From NCBI GenBank assembly GCA_023700925.1, contig JAMPXZ010000001.1, positions 1 through 48,173 of the forward strand: DNA of 48,173 bases. The letters run 5' to 3'. The notes below the pieces were generated by a model, which saw nothing but the letters and a program-made list of their open reading frames with translations, was not told where the DNA came from and searched no databases. Shown in pieces: positions 11,919 to 21,620 of this stretch. Each line of letters begins with the position of its first letter. Positions within the stretch are counted from its first letter, which is position 1. A program made the position numbers and the translations under genes. The stretch is from Oligoflexia bacterium. Lineage in GTDB: Bacteria > Bdellovibrionota > UBA1018.

Positions 11919-13142
11919 ATGTCCGAGTACACCTACGAAGGCATAGACAAAACCGGCAAGAGGATCACCGGCAAGGTCGACGCTCCGACCGAGGGCGATC
12001 TTCGGATGATGCTGCGGGGGAAAGGGATACGCCCCACCCGGATCGACAAGGGCACCCGGCTCACCGATACCCGCGCGAAGGTGGCGCCGGGAGCCAATAT
12101 CGGCGGCGTTCCTAACGAAAACCTCGTCCTCTTCACCCGGCAGCTTCAGCTCCTGATCAGCTCGGGGGTGCCGCTCCTTCAAGGCATCACACTCCTGCAT
12201 GAGCAGTCCCTGCATCCGACGTTCAAGAAGATCCTCGGGACGATCAAGGAGAAGGTGTCGCAAGGCTCGTATTTCTGGGAGACGCTCGCGCCTTATCCCC
12301 GCGTCTTCCCGCGGCTGTTTGTCGCGCTGATCCGCGCCGGCGAGTCCTCGGGTTCGCTCGATCAGATGCTCAAGCGGCTGACCAAGTACCTCGAGGACGC
12401 GGAGAAGATGAAGAGGCTGGTCAAGAGCGCGATGATGTATCCGATCATCGTGATTTCCATCGGGATCGGCGTCATCGGCATCATGCTGGTGTTCGTGATC
12501 CCGAAGTTCGAGGACATGCTCTCCTCGAGCGGCCAGAAGTTGCCCGCTTTCACCCAGGCCGTGATCGACACCTCCCACTTCGTGGTGAATAACGCGCTTT
12601 TTCTCTTCGGCGGCTTGTTTTTCGGCGCCTATATGCTGGTCCGGTATGTTCGCACGAGCGAAGGCAGGGCGGTCATGGACCGGGTCTTCTACCAGCTCCC
12701 GATTTTCGGCGGGCTCATGCAGAAGGCCGGGATCGCGCGCTTCTGCCGCACCTTGCAGACGCTCCTGATGTCGGGAGTGAATATCATCGACGCGATCGAT
12801 ATCTGCCGCGCCACGATCGACAACGCCGTCATCGAGGAGCCGGTGAGAAAGATCCGGGCCGAGGTCGAGTCCGGCAAGACGGTCGGGATGGTGATGTCCA
12901 AGTACGACGTTTTCCCGAAGATGGCCGTCCAGATGATCCAGATCGGCGAGAGCACCGGTAACATGGACAAGATGCTGGAGAAGATCGCCGACTTTTATGA
13001 CAGCGAGGTCGAGGTGACCGTGGGCGGGATGTCCAAGCTCATCGAGCCGTTCATCCTGGTGTTCCTGGGGGGAACGGTCGGCGCTCTCATGATCGCGATG
13101 TACCTGCCGATCTTCAAGCTGGCGGGCGGAGCGGGGGACTGA
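11919..13142 (+). CDS. pilC: Type IV pilus inner-membrane platform protein PilC (GspF family)
   Basis: Duplicated GspF domains (FTRQLQLLISSGVPLLQ.., FCRTLQTLLMSGVNIIDA..), three TM segments, and a C-terminal LPIFKLAG. Confidence 0.92.
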   Translation: MSEYTYEGIDKTGKRITGKVDAPTEGDLRMMLRGKGIRPTRIDKGTRLTDTRAKVAPGANIGGVPNENLVLFTRQLQLLISSGVPLLQGITLLHEQSLHPTFKKILGTIKEKVSQGSYFWETLAPYPRVFPRLFVALIRAGESSGSLDQMLKRLTKYLEDAEKMKRLVKSAMMYPIIVISIGIGVIGIMLVFVIPKFEDMLSSSGQKLPAFTQAVIDTSHFVVNNALFLFGGLFFGAYMLVRYVRTSEGRAVMDRVFYQLPIFGGLMQKAGIARFCRTLQTLLMSGVNIIDAIDICRATIDNAVIEEPVRKIRAEVESGKTVGMVMSKYDVFPKMAVQMIQIGESTGNMDKMLEKIADFYDSEVEVTVGGMSKLIEPFILVFLGGTVGALMIAMYLPIFKLAGGAGD

Positions 13143-14202
<1,060 letters not shown>

Positions 14203-14204
<2 letters not shown>

Positions 14205-14240
14205 AAAAAGGCGCTACGGCCAGCGGCCATAGCGCCTTGG
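14203..14240 (-). terminator. Intrinsic terminator for pilA; the hairpin is shared with the convergent activator gene
   Basis: Stem AAGGCGCTA(14208-14216)/TAGCGCCTT(14230-14238) with an inner GGCC/GGCC extension. The A7 run at 14203-14209 becomes a U-run on the minus-strand transcript, 21 nt after the pilA stop. Confidence 0.65.
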
Positions 14241-14259
14241 AGTTCAAGCGATCCGACGA

Positions 14260-14826
14260 TTAGAGAACGGGCGTGGTGTTGACGAGGGCCTTGTTATGGT
14301 CCATCGACCACTGGTCGTTCCCAGCGGTGCTCGTGGATACACTCCCGACCGCCTTGGCGGTAAACGTATCCTTAGTGAGCGTGCCACCCATATCAGTTTC
14401 AGTGACGTCGGGAGCGGTTGATTTTGCCTGAACCTTTTGGTCATACCACGAAACCTGATCGGCGGGAGTGCAGGGCGATGCGCAGGTGGTTCCATTCCAG
14501 CTCTGACAGGCGCACGATTGGGCGCCCGTGCCACAGGCGTTGCCGCCGGCCGCTGCGGTCGTGAAGCCGGTAGCGTAATACTGCTTGGCGCCTTCAGGCT
14601 CATAGCCGATGCCTTTGAGGCAGCCACTATAGGTCGTGTTCTCGGTCGCGAACGCCTTCTCCGCCGTGTAGATCGCCGCAAGCGCGATCTTGGCCTCGCT
14701 CTGGCGGGCGCGGGCCTGGTATTTCTGGTAGTTCGGGATCGCGACCGCGGCCAGTATACCGATAATCGCGACGACGACCATGAGTTCGACCAACGTAAAG
14801 CCTGAAATATTCTTTGCTGTTCTCAC
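14260..14826 (-). CDS. pilA: Type IVa major pilin
   Basis: Short leader MRTAKNISG / [25 protein letters not shown] (G-1, F+1, E+5). Cys-rich C-terminal globular part. GTG 14826 lies 4 nt after GGAGGA; the TTG start at 14838 in the ORF track has no SD. Confidence 0.88.
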   Translation of the reverse strand: MRTAKNISGFTLVELMVVVAIIGILAAVAIPNYQKYQARARQSEAKIALAAIYTAEKAFATENTTYSGCLKGIGYEPEGAKQYYATGFTTAAAGGNACGTGAQSCACQSWNGTTCASPCTPADQVSWYDQKVQAKSTAPDVTETDMGGTLTKDTFTAKAVGSVSTSTAGNDQWSMDHNKALVNTTPVL

Positions 14827-14912
14827 ACGTTCCTCCAAATGGAATTGATGACCAAGTTAAGAAATTCTTCCCACCCGATCCAAAAAGCGCGCAGGTCTCT
14901 GGGACTTGATCA

Positions 14913-14940
14913 ATTATAGACCCCTTTTTGTGGAGATCAA
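14913..14940 (-). promoter_or_regulatory. Candidate sigma70-type promoter of pilA (TTGATC-N16-TATAAT)
   Basis: Minus strand reads TTGATC (14940-14935), a 16-nt spacer, then TATAAT (14918-14913), about 87 nt upstream of the pilA start. No correctly spaced GG-N10-GC element exists in the 160 nt upstream. Confidence 0.4.
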
Positions 14941-14987
14941 TGTGTCATTGCGGACCCCCGGGGTTTTGGGCAAACTAGGGAAGCTCT

Positions 14988-15923
14988 ATGAGGGTTGCTC
15001 TTCGGGTAGGCATTTCCGTCCTGGCTGTTCCGCTTCTGGTGATCGCGCTGATCTTCTCGCAGGCGGCGGTCAATCTCCGCTTGAAAAGCCTCGATTCGGC
15101 CTTGGTTTTGCGCCAATCCGGTGACGAGCCGGCCGTTCAAAAGTGGGATCCTCGGATATTCCGCGTTTTAAGCTTTGGTTTTTTGCCGGTCTGGATTGAC
15201 TGGCATTGGATCGGCACTTTGCTGGATCCTTCGATGAGCCGCCTGCCCCGTGGGATTCATGCTCCGCTTTATTATTCCTTGGATCTCGTGACCGAGCTCG
15301 ATCCGGCATTCTTTGAGGCATATTATACGGGCTCGCACCTGCTCGCGGTCATTCGCGATGATTCCGTGGGCGCGCGCGATCTGCTTCTCAAGGCGGAGCG
15401 CTTCCGAAAGGAGCAGCTCCCCGACCAGCCAGGCTGGTTCAGGGATCAGCATTGGAACGGGGCATGGTACCTGAGTCTGACCCTCGCCTATATTTATCTT
15501 TTTGAACTCGACGATATGCCCCGTGCGGCCGAAGCTTTCCAAGAAGCCGCCAGACAGCCCGGCGCCCCTGACTACCTCGACCGCCTGGCCGAGCGGCTCT
15601 CCAAGCCAGGGGGCCAGTATGAGGTTGGGCTGCGGCTGCTGAACTTCATGATCAGGAGCCAGACCGAGCTCAAGATCCGGCAGAAGCTCGAGCAAAAACG
15701 CGAATGGCTCTATCGCAGCCAGTTCGTCTTTGACCTGAATCGAGCCTACGCCGAGTTCAGGGGCAGCTCTTCACGATCGCGGGGGCCCGCGGCCGCCTGG
15801 GCGCAGTTCCGGACGGAGATGAACGTTGCTCCGGTAGATCCCTGGGGCGGGCGGCTTTCGCTTGATCCCGACGGCAGAATCGTCACAACCACTCCTTATG
15901 AGAAGGTGTTTGGAATAGAATGA
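14988..15923 (+). CDS. Hypothetical membrane-anchored helical/TPR-like protein, at the position of M. xanthus PilG
   Basis: N-terminal TM helix (ISVLAVPLLVIALIF), then a helical repeat-like region. Its stop overlaps the ABC ATPase start (ATGA). Assigned by position only. Confidence 0.5.
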   Translation: MRVALRVGISVLAVPLLVIALIFSQAAVNLRLKSLDSALVLRQSGDEPAVQKWDPRIFRVLSFGFLPVWIDWHWIGTLLDPSMSRLPRGIHAPLYYSLDLVTELDPAFFEAYYTGSHLLAVIRDDSVGARDLLLKAERFRKEQLPDQPGWFRDQHWNGAWYLSLTLAYIYLFELDDMPRAAEAFQEAARQPGAPDYLDRLAERLSKPGGQYEVGLRLLNFMIRSQTELKIRQKLEQKREWLYRSQFVFDLNRAYAEFRGSSSRSRGPAAAWAQFRTEMNVAPVDPWGGRLSLDPDGRIVTTTPYEKVFGIE

Positions 15924-16861
15924 GCAGCGAGAAAATGCACTCCCCTGTACTTGAGGTAACCGAGGTCGATCAGGCCTTCCGCGCCGGCTTCTGGCTCAAG
16001 CGGACCCAGATCCTGCATGGACTGAGCTTCGCGATCCCGGGCCGATCGATCGTGGGCTTCCTGGGCGCCAATGGCGCGGGGAAGACGACGCTGATCCATC
16101 TTCTGGTCGGGCTTCGTCGGCCTGTGCGGGGCAGTGTCCGGGTTTTCGGCTGTGATGCCCAAAGCCCCGAGGCGCGCGCGCGGATCGGTTATCTGCCGGA
16201 GCGGCCTTACTTCCATGATCATCTGACGGGAGAGGCGCTCTTGAAATATTTTGGCGCCCTGGCCGGAATGCAGCGGCCGAAGGTGCTTTCGCGTATCCCC
16301 GCGGTGCTCTCCGCGGTCGGGATGTCCCACGCGGGCAAGACCGAGCTGCGAAAGTACTCCAAAGGGATGCTCCAGAGGATCGGAATCGCCCAGGCGCTTT
16401 TGCATGACCCGGAGTTCCTCGTGCTCGACGAGCCGATGAGCGGCCTGGATCCCCTGGGGCGCAAGGAGATGCGGGAGCTGATCCTGAAGCTCGCGGCCGA
16501 TGGACGCACGGTCTTTTTCAGCTCGCACGTGATCCCCGACGTCGAGGCGATCTGCGATCAGGTCGTCCTGATCCAGAAAGGGCGCCTCATCGGAAACGGT
16601 CCGATCGGCCAGTTCCTCGCTCAGGGCCCGCTTCAGACGGAGATCGCTTTCTCGGGGCTGAAAATGGAAGACATCCTGGATATCCCCGAGCTTCTTTCGC
16701 CGCGGCAGATCCCCGACGCCATCCGTGCGACCGTGTCCGGGCAGGGCTCGGTCCAGCTCGTGCTGCAGCGGCTGCTCCAGCGGCAGGCCAACATCCTTTG
16801 GGTGACGCCCGTGCGGCCGTCCCTCGAGAGTCTCTTTGGCGCCGAAGGAGGTCTCTCATGA
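15920..16861 (+). CDS. ABC transporter ATP-binding protein (PilH-like position)
   Basis: Walker [11 protein letters not shown]-loop, ABC signature [12 protein letters not shown], Walker [13 protein letters not shown], and an H-loop SSH. Confidence 0.85.
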   Translation: MSSEKMHSPVLEVTEVDQAFRAGFWLKRTQILHGLSFAIPGRSIVGFLGANGAGKTTLIHLLVGLRRPVRGSVRVFGCDAQSPEARARIGYLPERPYFHDHLTGEALLKYFGALAGMQRPKVLSRIPAVLSAVGMSHAGKTELRKYSKGMLQRIGIAQALLHDPEFLVLDEPMSGLDPLGRKEMRELILKLAADGRTVFFSSHVIPDVEAICDQVVLIQKGRLIGNGPIGQFLAQGPLQTEIAFSGLKMEDILDIPELLSPRQIPDAIRATVSGQGSVQLVLQRLLQRQANILWVTPVRPSLESLFGAEGGLS

Positions 16862-17664
16862 GCGACCTTTATACCAAACCTCGTTCGGTGGATGTCATCC
16901 GGGCCGTGGGCTGGGTGACGTTCACGGAGATCCTGCGCGATAAGATCCTCTATAACGTCATTGTGGCGGCGTTTCTTCTTTTTGCCCTGAGCTTCGTGGC
17001 ATCGACTTTGACGTTCCTGCGGCCTGAGCGCGTCGTGCTGGATTTCGGTCTCGCGGCGCTGGGCATTTCCTCGATGCTGATCGCGGTTTTGAGTGGCGCG
17101 GGCCTCCTGGGACGGGAGTTCGAGCGGCGGACCATCTTCGTGGCTCTCTCGCGGCCTATTTCGCGGATGCAGTACGTGGTGGGCAAGTTCGCGGGCCTTG
17201 CGGCGCTCCTCGGCGTGAACTGGCTGCTGCTTGCGTTCGTTTACCTCGCGATGCTGCTTGGGCAGACCGGCTCCTTCGCGTTGATCCTGAATCCCACCTT
17301 GCTGGTTGCGGTTGGGCTCCTCTACCTGCAGAGTCTGGTGCTCGCGAGCCTGGCGATCTTCTTTTCGACCTTTTCGACAACGTCGCTGTCGGTGATCATG
17401 AGTTTCGGCCTTTATCTGCTGGGTACGAATAACTCGGAGATCCGGTTGGTCGCCGTCAAGCTGGACCCAGGCGTCGTCAAATCGTTTCTGAACGGGCTCG
17501 CGACGCTCCTGCCGAACCTCGAGCATTTCAACCTGGGCTTGAAGGTGACCTATGGTCTGCCGGTCGGTGCCTCGTTTGCCGTCGGGAGCTTATTCTACGG
17601 AATGATCCTGACTTCACTCTTCCTGCTCGCGGCGGGCGTGCTCGTCAAGACGAGGGAGGGCTGA
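16858..17664 (+). CDS. ABC-2 type transporter permease (PilI-like position)
   Basis: Six predicted TM helices. ATG 16858 overlaps the upstream stop (ATGA) and follows GAAGGAGG. Confidence 0.75.
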   Translation: MSDLYTKPRSVDVIRAVGWVTFTEILRDKILYNVIVAAFLLFALSFVASTLTFLRPERVVLDFGLAALGISSMLIAVLSGAGLLGREFERRTIFVALSRPISRMQYVVGKFAGLAALLGVNWLLLAFVYLAMLLGQTGSFALILNPTLLVAVGLLYLQSLVLASLAIFFSTFSTTSLSVIMSFGLYLLGTNNSEIRLVAVKLDPGVVKSFLNGLATLLPNLEHFNLGLKVTYGLPVGASFAVGSLFYGMILTSLFLLAAGVLVKTREG

Positions 17665-17665
17665 C

Positions 17666-18484
17666 GTGATCCCCCTCGAAGTCTCTCTCTGGCCTCAGTG
17701 GTTCCTCAATGCGGCAAGCCTGCTCATCGGGCTCACGGTGGGAAGTTTTCTGAACGTGGTCGTCGCGCGGCTGCCGCATGATCAGTCGGTGGTGCGGCCC
17801 CGGAGCCGCTGCCCGGGCTGCGGGAAGCTCATCGTCTGGTACGACAATGTCCCGCTCGTGAGCTTTCTGCTCCTTCGCGGCAGGTGCCGCCACTGTTCGA
17901 TGAAGATCTCCTGGCGTTATCCGATGATCGAGCTGACGACCGGCCTGCTCTTTCTTGCCGCCATGGTGCAGTTCGGTCCTTCGCCGGCGCTCGTCCTGCG
18001 CGACTGGCCGTTTCTCGCGGTCCTCGTGGCGGTGACCTTCATTGATCTGGAGCATCGGATCATCCCCGACGAGCTGAGCCTGGGAGGCCTGGTTCTCGGC
18101 CTCGCGACGTGCTGGTTCGATCCGCGCCTGGTCTGGTACCAGGCGGTGCTCGGCGCGGCGCTCGGCTTCGGACTCTTCTATGGTCTCGCCTGGGCCTATG
18201 AGAAATACAGCGGACGGTCCGGTCTGGGCGGAGGCGACATCAAGCTTCTGGCGATGATCGGCGCGTTCCTCGGGCCGAGCGGCGTGCTTGCCACGATCCT
18301 GGTGAGTTCGGTGAGCGGCAGCCTCGTTGGCATCGGCTGGGCGTTGGCTCAGAAGCAAAAGCAGATCATGACGGCCGCGATCCCCTATGGACCTTTTCTG
18401 GTGATTGGGGGATTGTATTACTATCTTTTCGGCCCGACGTGGCCGTTTGACGCCCTATGGCTCCTATCTACGAATCCGACATAG
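17666..18484 (+). CDS. pilD: Prepilin peptidase / N-methyltransferase (A24 family)
   Basis: CPGCG..CRHC zinc motif in the N-terminal domain. Catalytic Asp contexts (FIDLEHRIIPD; GGGDIKLLAMIGAFLG). Polytopic. GTG 17666 lies 5 nt after GAGGGAGGG. Confidence 0.92.
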   Translation: MIPLEVSLWPQWFLNAASLLIGLTVGSFLNVVVARLPHDQSVVRPRSRCPGCGKLIVWYDNVPLVSFLLLRGRCRHCSMKISWRYPMIELTTGLLFLAAMVQFGPSPALVLRDWPFLAVLVAVTFIDLEHRIIPDELSLGGLVLGLATCWFDPRLVWYQAVLGAALGFGLFYGLAWAYEKYSGRSGLGGGDIKLLAMIGAFLGPSGVLATILVSSVSGSLVGIGWALAQKQKQIMTAAIPYGPFLVIGGLYYYLFGPTWPFDALWLLSTNPT

Positions 18485-19062
18485 CCGAAGAGCGCTTCGC
18501 CCGCAGCGAGTGGAACCACTACGAGCTTTGGGAAAAGGTGGAGGTCCGTCTTCGTCGGCACCGCCGTCTCTGGATCGCGGGTACCGTGGTGCTTTTTCTC
18601 GTGCTTTCCTCGGTCCCCACCGTGGTCGACCAGCGTCCGAAGTGGGCTTCCCTGGGCGCCATTCGGGTCCTGGGGCAGGAGCTGAACCGGCTCAAGCGGG
18701 AAGCCGCGCTCGGGCATTCGGCGTACCGGCTGCGGTTCGCGGGAGAGGGGAGCCTGGATTTCACGGTCGAGAAGACCGCGAATTGCCTCGCGACCCAGGG
18801 AGAGAGCGTGAGGACCGGGACGCTCCGGAAGTCCGGCATCGCCCTGAGCCTGCTGAACGAGGCGCAGGGAGCGGCCATCGGGGTGCCCGGCCTGAAGGAA
18901 GGCTTCTGCTTCGATCCTCTCCTGGGAGCGGAAGGGTCTTCGGCTGCCGGGACGCTCGGCGGCTTCGCGATCATTCCTGCCAAAGACTTGACGGAAGGGC
19001 GCAACGATCGGCTTTCGGTGCTGCTGCTCAACGGCCCCACCGGCGAAGTGTCGGTTGAGTGA
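18457..19062 (+). CDS. Hypothetical single-pass membrane protein between pilD and pilM
   Basis: TM helix LWIAGTVVLFLVLSSVPTVV and coding-like codon bias. Overlaps the pilD 3' end by 28 nt. No recognisable SD and no family motif recognised. Confidence 0.5.
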   Translation: MAPIYESDIAEERFARSEWNHYELWEKVEVRLRRHRRLWIAGTVVLFLVLSSVPTVVDQRPKWASLGAIRVLGQELNRLKREAALGHSAYRLRFAGEGSLDFTVEKTANCLATQGESVRTGTLRKSGIALSLLNEAQGAAIGVPGLKEGFCFDPLLGAEGSSAAGTLGGFAIIPAKDLTEGRNDRLSVLLLNGPTGEVSVE

Positions 19063-19082
19063 TTTCTAATTCCGAGAAAATG

Positions 19083-19120
19083 TTGACCTTTTTCAACTGA
19101 AATGTAGAATTTTCAATTGA
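19083..19120 (+). promoter_or_regulatory. Candidate sigma70 promoter of pilMNOPQ (TTGACC-N16-TAGAAT) with two TTTCAAnTGA boxes
   Basis: TTGACC at 19083-19088 and TAGAAT at 19105-19110, in the only AT-rich stretch of this region. The boxes are tttcaactga (19091-19100) and tttcaattga (19111-19120). Confidence 0.45.
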
Positions 19121-19139
19121 GGGTCGAGGTACAAGTTCC

Positions 19140-20237
19140 ATGGCAGGAGCGGGTCTGTCCCGAGGGGCTGACATTCTATCATTTCTGAGCGGTCTTCTTA
19201 CCGGCGGCGGCGGCACGGCGGTCGGGCTGAGTATCGGCTCGTCGTCCATTAAACTTGTTGAGCTGAAAAAAGCCGGAAAAAGCTGGAAACTTCTTCACTT
19301 CGGGATCGTGCAGCTGCCCGAGAACGTGATCGTCAATCGCGAGATCGTCAACCAGATCGCCGTCGTCGAGAGCATCAAAACACTGGTCGGCCAGATCCGG
19401 CTGAACAGCAAGGCGGTCTGTACCGCGCTTTCGGGAACCGCGCTGATCATCAAGCGGATGTCGGTCGAGGCGCCCAATCCCCGCGAGCTGCAGGATCAGG
19501 TCTTCTGGGAGGCCGAGCAGTACCTGCCTTTCGACGTCTCCGAGGTCGTGATGGATTTTCACACGATCTCCAAGACCCGCGACGGCAAGACCGACGTCAT
19601 CCTGGTCGCGGTCAAGCGGGGCGTGCTCGACAGCTACATGTCCTCGGTCGAGGACGCCGGCCTCAGTCCGAAGGTGGTCGACTCCGACTTCTTCGCACTG
19701 CAGAACGTCTTTGAGGCGAATTACCCCGTGAATCCCTCGGAAGCCGTGGCGCTCATCGACATCGGCGCGGCCGCGTCGAAGATGGTCGTGGTGCACACGG
19801 GCGTTCCCGTCTTCACCAAGGACACGGCGCTCGGCGGCCGCAATCTCACCTCGGAGATCCAGCGCAACCTGAACCTCACCTACGCGGATGCCGAGACGCT
19901 CAAGATGGGCGGCAGCGGCCCGCTCCCGCAGGAGGTCAGCGATCTCATGCAGATCGCGGCGGACAACTTCGCGACCGAGATCAAGCGCTCGCTGGATTTC
20001 TATTCCGCTTCCTCGAGCGGCGCGCCGGTCTCTTCGATCCTGCTGGGCGGCGGTAGCGCGCGGATCCCGAACCTGTCGAGGACCGTGGAGGACGTGACGG
20101 GCCTGCCCACGCAGATCATCAATCCCTTCAATGCCATCTCGTATGATCCGGCGGTGTTCACCCAGGATTATCTGAACGCGATCGCCCCGCTCGCGGCCGT
20201 CCCGATCGGCTTGGCGCTCAGACTGGGGGCCAGATGA
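19140..20237 (+). CDS. pilM: Type IV pilus assembly protein PilM (actin-like ATPase fold)
   Basis: GLSIGSSSIKLVELKK.., ALIDIGAAASKMVV.., GGRNLT.., ILLGGGSARIPNL. Confidence 0.9.
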   Translation: MAGAGLSRGADILSFLSGLLTGGGGTAVGLSIGSSSIKLVELKKAGKSWKLLHFGIVQLPENVIVNREIVNQIAVVESIKTLVGQIRLNSKAVCTALSGTALIIKRMSVEAPNPRELQDQVFWEAEQYLPFDVSEVVMDFHTISKTRDGKTDVILVAVKRGVLDSYMSSVEDAGLSPKVVDSDFFALQNVFEANYPVNPSEAVALIDIGAAASKMVVVHTGVPVFTKDTALGGRNLTSEIQRNLNLTYADAETLKMGGSGPLPQEVSDLMQIAADNFATEIKRSLDFYSASSSGAPVSSILLGGGSARIPNLSRTVEDVTGLPTQIINPFNAISYDPAVFTQDYLNAIAPLAAVPIGLALRLGAR

Positions 20238-20899
20238 TCAAGATCAACCTGGCCGCGCGCAAACAGGCGGTCGGAACCACCAGCGGCAGCAAGGTCACGG
20301 GGCTGGGCTCCTTTCACCTGGATCTGGGCAATCTCGGCGGCGCGTTAGAGCGGTTCAAGGATGCCGAGCTCCACAAGCCACTGCGCAAGGCGCTGCTGCC
20401 GGTCATCGTGGCGGTACTCGCCTCGTTCACGGTGGACAGCTTCAAGGCCAGCGAAGTCAAGAAGGTCGATGAGCAGCTCGCGACGGTCAACGCCAAGAAG
20501 CCGCCCCTTCAGGCCGAGATCGCGAAAAGCAGCGCTTACGAGGAGCTCAAGAAGAGCCTCGAGGCCGACGAGTTCACGATCCGCACGAAGATCGAGACGA
20601 TTCAAAAGCTCGTCGAGGGCCGGGGCATCGGCTCAAAGATCCTGATCTCCCTGGCCGCCAGCATGCCCGACCATGTGTGGCTCTCGGACTTCCGCATCAA
20701 GGACTCGCAGGCCGCGATCCTGGGCTATTCGCTCAACATGGGCGAGGTTTCGGATTTCATGAAGGTGCTCGGCGAGAGCGCGTACTTCACGGATCTGAAT
20801 CTGAAGAGCTCGCAACAGGTCAAGGGAGAGCAGGGAAGCAATGCCACGCCGGGCGGCGGCGAAATCACGAGCTTCGAGCTCGCGGCCAAGCGGAAGTGA
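20234..20899 (+). CDS. pilN: Type IV pilus assembly protein PilN
   Basis: MIKINLAARK start typical of PilN, a single TM helix, a coiled coil and a C-terminal ferredoxin-like part. ATGA overlap with pilM. Confidence 0.8.
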   Translation: MIKINLAARKQAVGTTSGSKVTGLGSFHLDLGNLGGALERFKDAELHKPLRKALLPVIVAVLASFTVDSFKASEVKKVDEQLATVNAKKPPLQAEIAKSSAYEELKKSLEADEFTIRTKIETIQKLVEGRGIGSKILISLAASMPDHVWLSDFRIKDSQAAILGYSLNMGEVSDFMKVLGESAYFTDLNLKSSQQVKGEQGSNATPGGGEITSFELAAKRK

Positions 20900-20909
20900 G
20901 GATGCCGGC

Positions 20910-21620
20910 GTGGAGCTGAACCGGATCAAGGACATCATCGAGAAAGTCCCCTTCCTGTTCCTCCTGGTGCTTTATCTGGGATACCTCGGCATGGGTTACC
21001 ATGGATTTCTCAACGACCCGGCCTCGGAGCTGAACCTGAAAAAAGCCGAGCTCAAGGCCTCGCAGGAAGACCTCGCCAAGCTGTCGCGGAAGGTCGAGGA
21101 GACGCGGGAGTTCATCCGGTCCCTCAACGTCAAACGCGAGGAGATGCGGCGGCTCGCGCAGCAGCTCGAGGACACCAAGGCGGTCCTGACGGAGACTCTC
21201 GATGTCCCCGCGTTCATGAAGCTCGTGCTCACCGAGGCGCAGCGCGTGGGGCTCAACGTCCAGAGCATCCGGCCCGGCGAGGCCAGTCGCGGCGAGCATT
21301 ACGCGCAGCAGATCTTCGACGTGAATTTCCATGGCGTTTACATCCAGCTGATCGGCTTCCTCGATCGTCTGGCGAATCTCCAAAAGATCGTCCGGGTGGA
21401 CGACTTCATGATGAAGCCGATCTCCGCCAGCACCGCGAAGTACGTCGAGCTCGAAGGCGTGCTGCAGCTCAAGGTTTTCCGTTATATCGGCACCAAGGCG
21501 GACGAGATCGCCCACAAGGACAACGCGGCGCTCAGTGGCGCGGCGCCTGGCATCGCCGGCGGCGCGGCTGCCCCGGCCGGCGCGTCACCGGCGGCGACTT
21601 CCCCGGCGGGGGTCCCATGA
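20910..21620 (+). CDS. pilO: Type IV pilus assembly protein PilO
   Basis: TM helix FLFLLVLYLGYLG, a coiled coil and a PilO-like C-terminal domain (..VNFHGVYIQLIGFLDRLANLQKIVRVDDF..). GTG 20910 lies 7 nt after GAGGA; the longer ORF from 20841 overlaps pilN. Confidence 0.78.
   Translation: MELNRIKDIIEKVPFLFLLVLYLGYLGMGYHGFLNDPASELNLKKAELKASQEDLAKLSRKVEETREFIRSLNVKREEMRRLAQQLEDTKAVLTETLDVPAFMKLVLTEAQRVGLNVQSIRPGEASRGEHYAQQIFDVNFHGVYIQLIGFLDRLANLQKIVRVDDFMMKPISASTAKYVELEGVLQLKVFRYIGTKADEIAHKDNAALSGAAPGIAGGAAAPAGASPAATSPAGVP

Noticed and set aside
14839-14860. Possible -24/-12 element TTGGTCATCAATTCCA just upstream of pilA.
   Set aside because: The spacing is one nt off, the -12 region reads TTCC rather than TTGC, and it would place the TSS inside the SD and start codon region.
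18405-19058. An alternative 217-aa plus-strand ORF overlapping the 18457..19062 ORF in another frame.
   Set aside because: The translation is Arg/Gly/Pro-rich and typical of an off-frame read in GC-rich DNA. The 18457 frame has a clean TM helix and better third-position bias.
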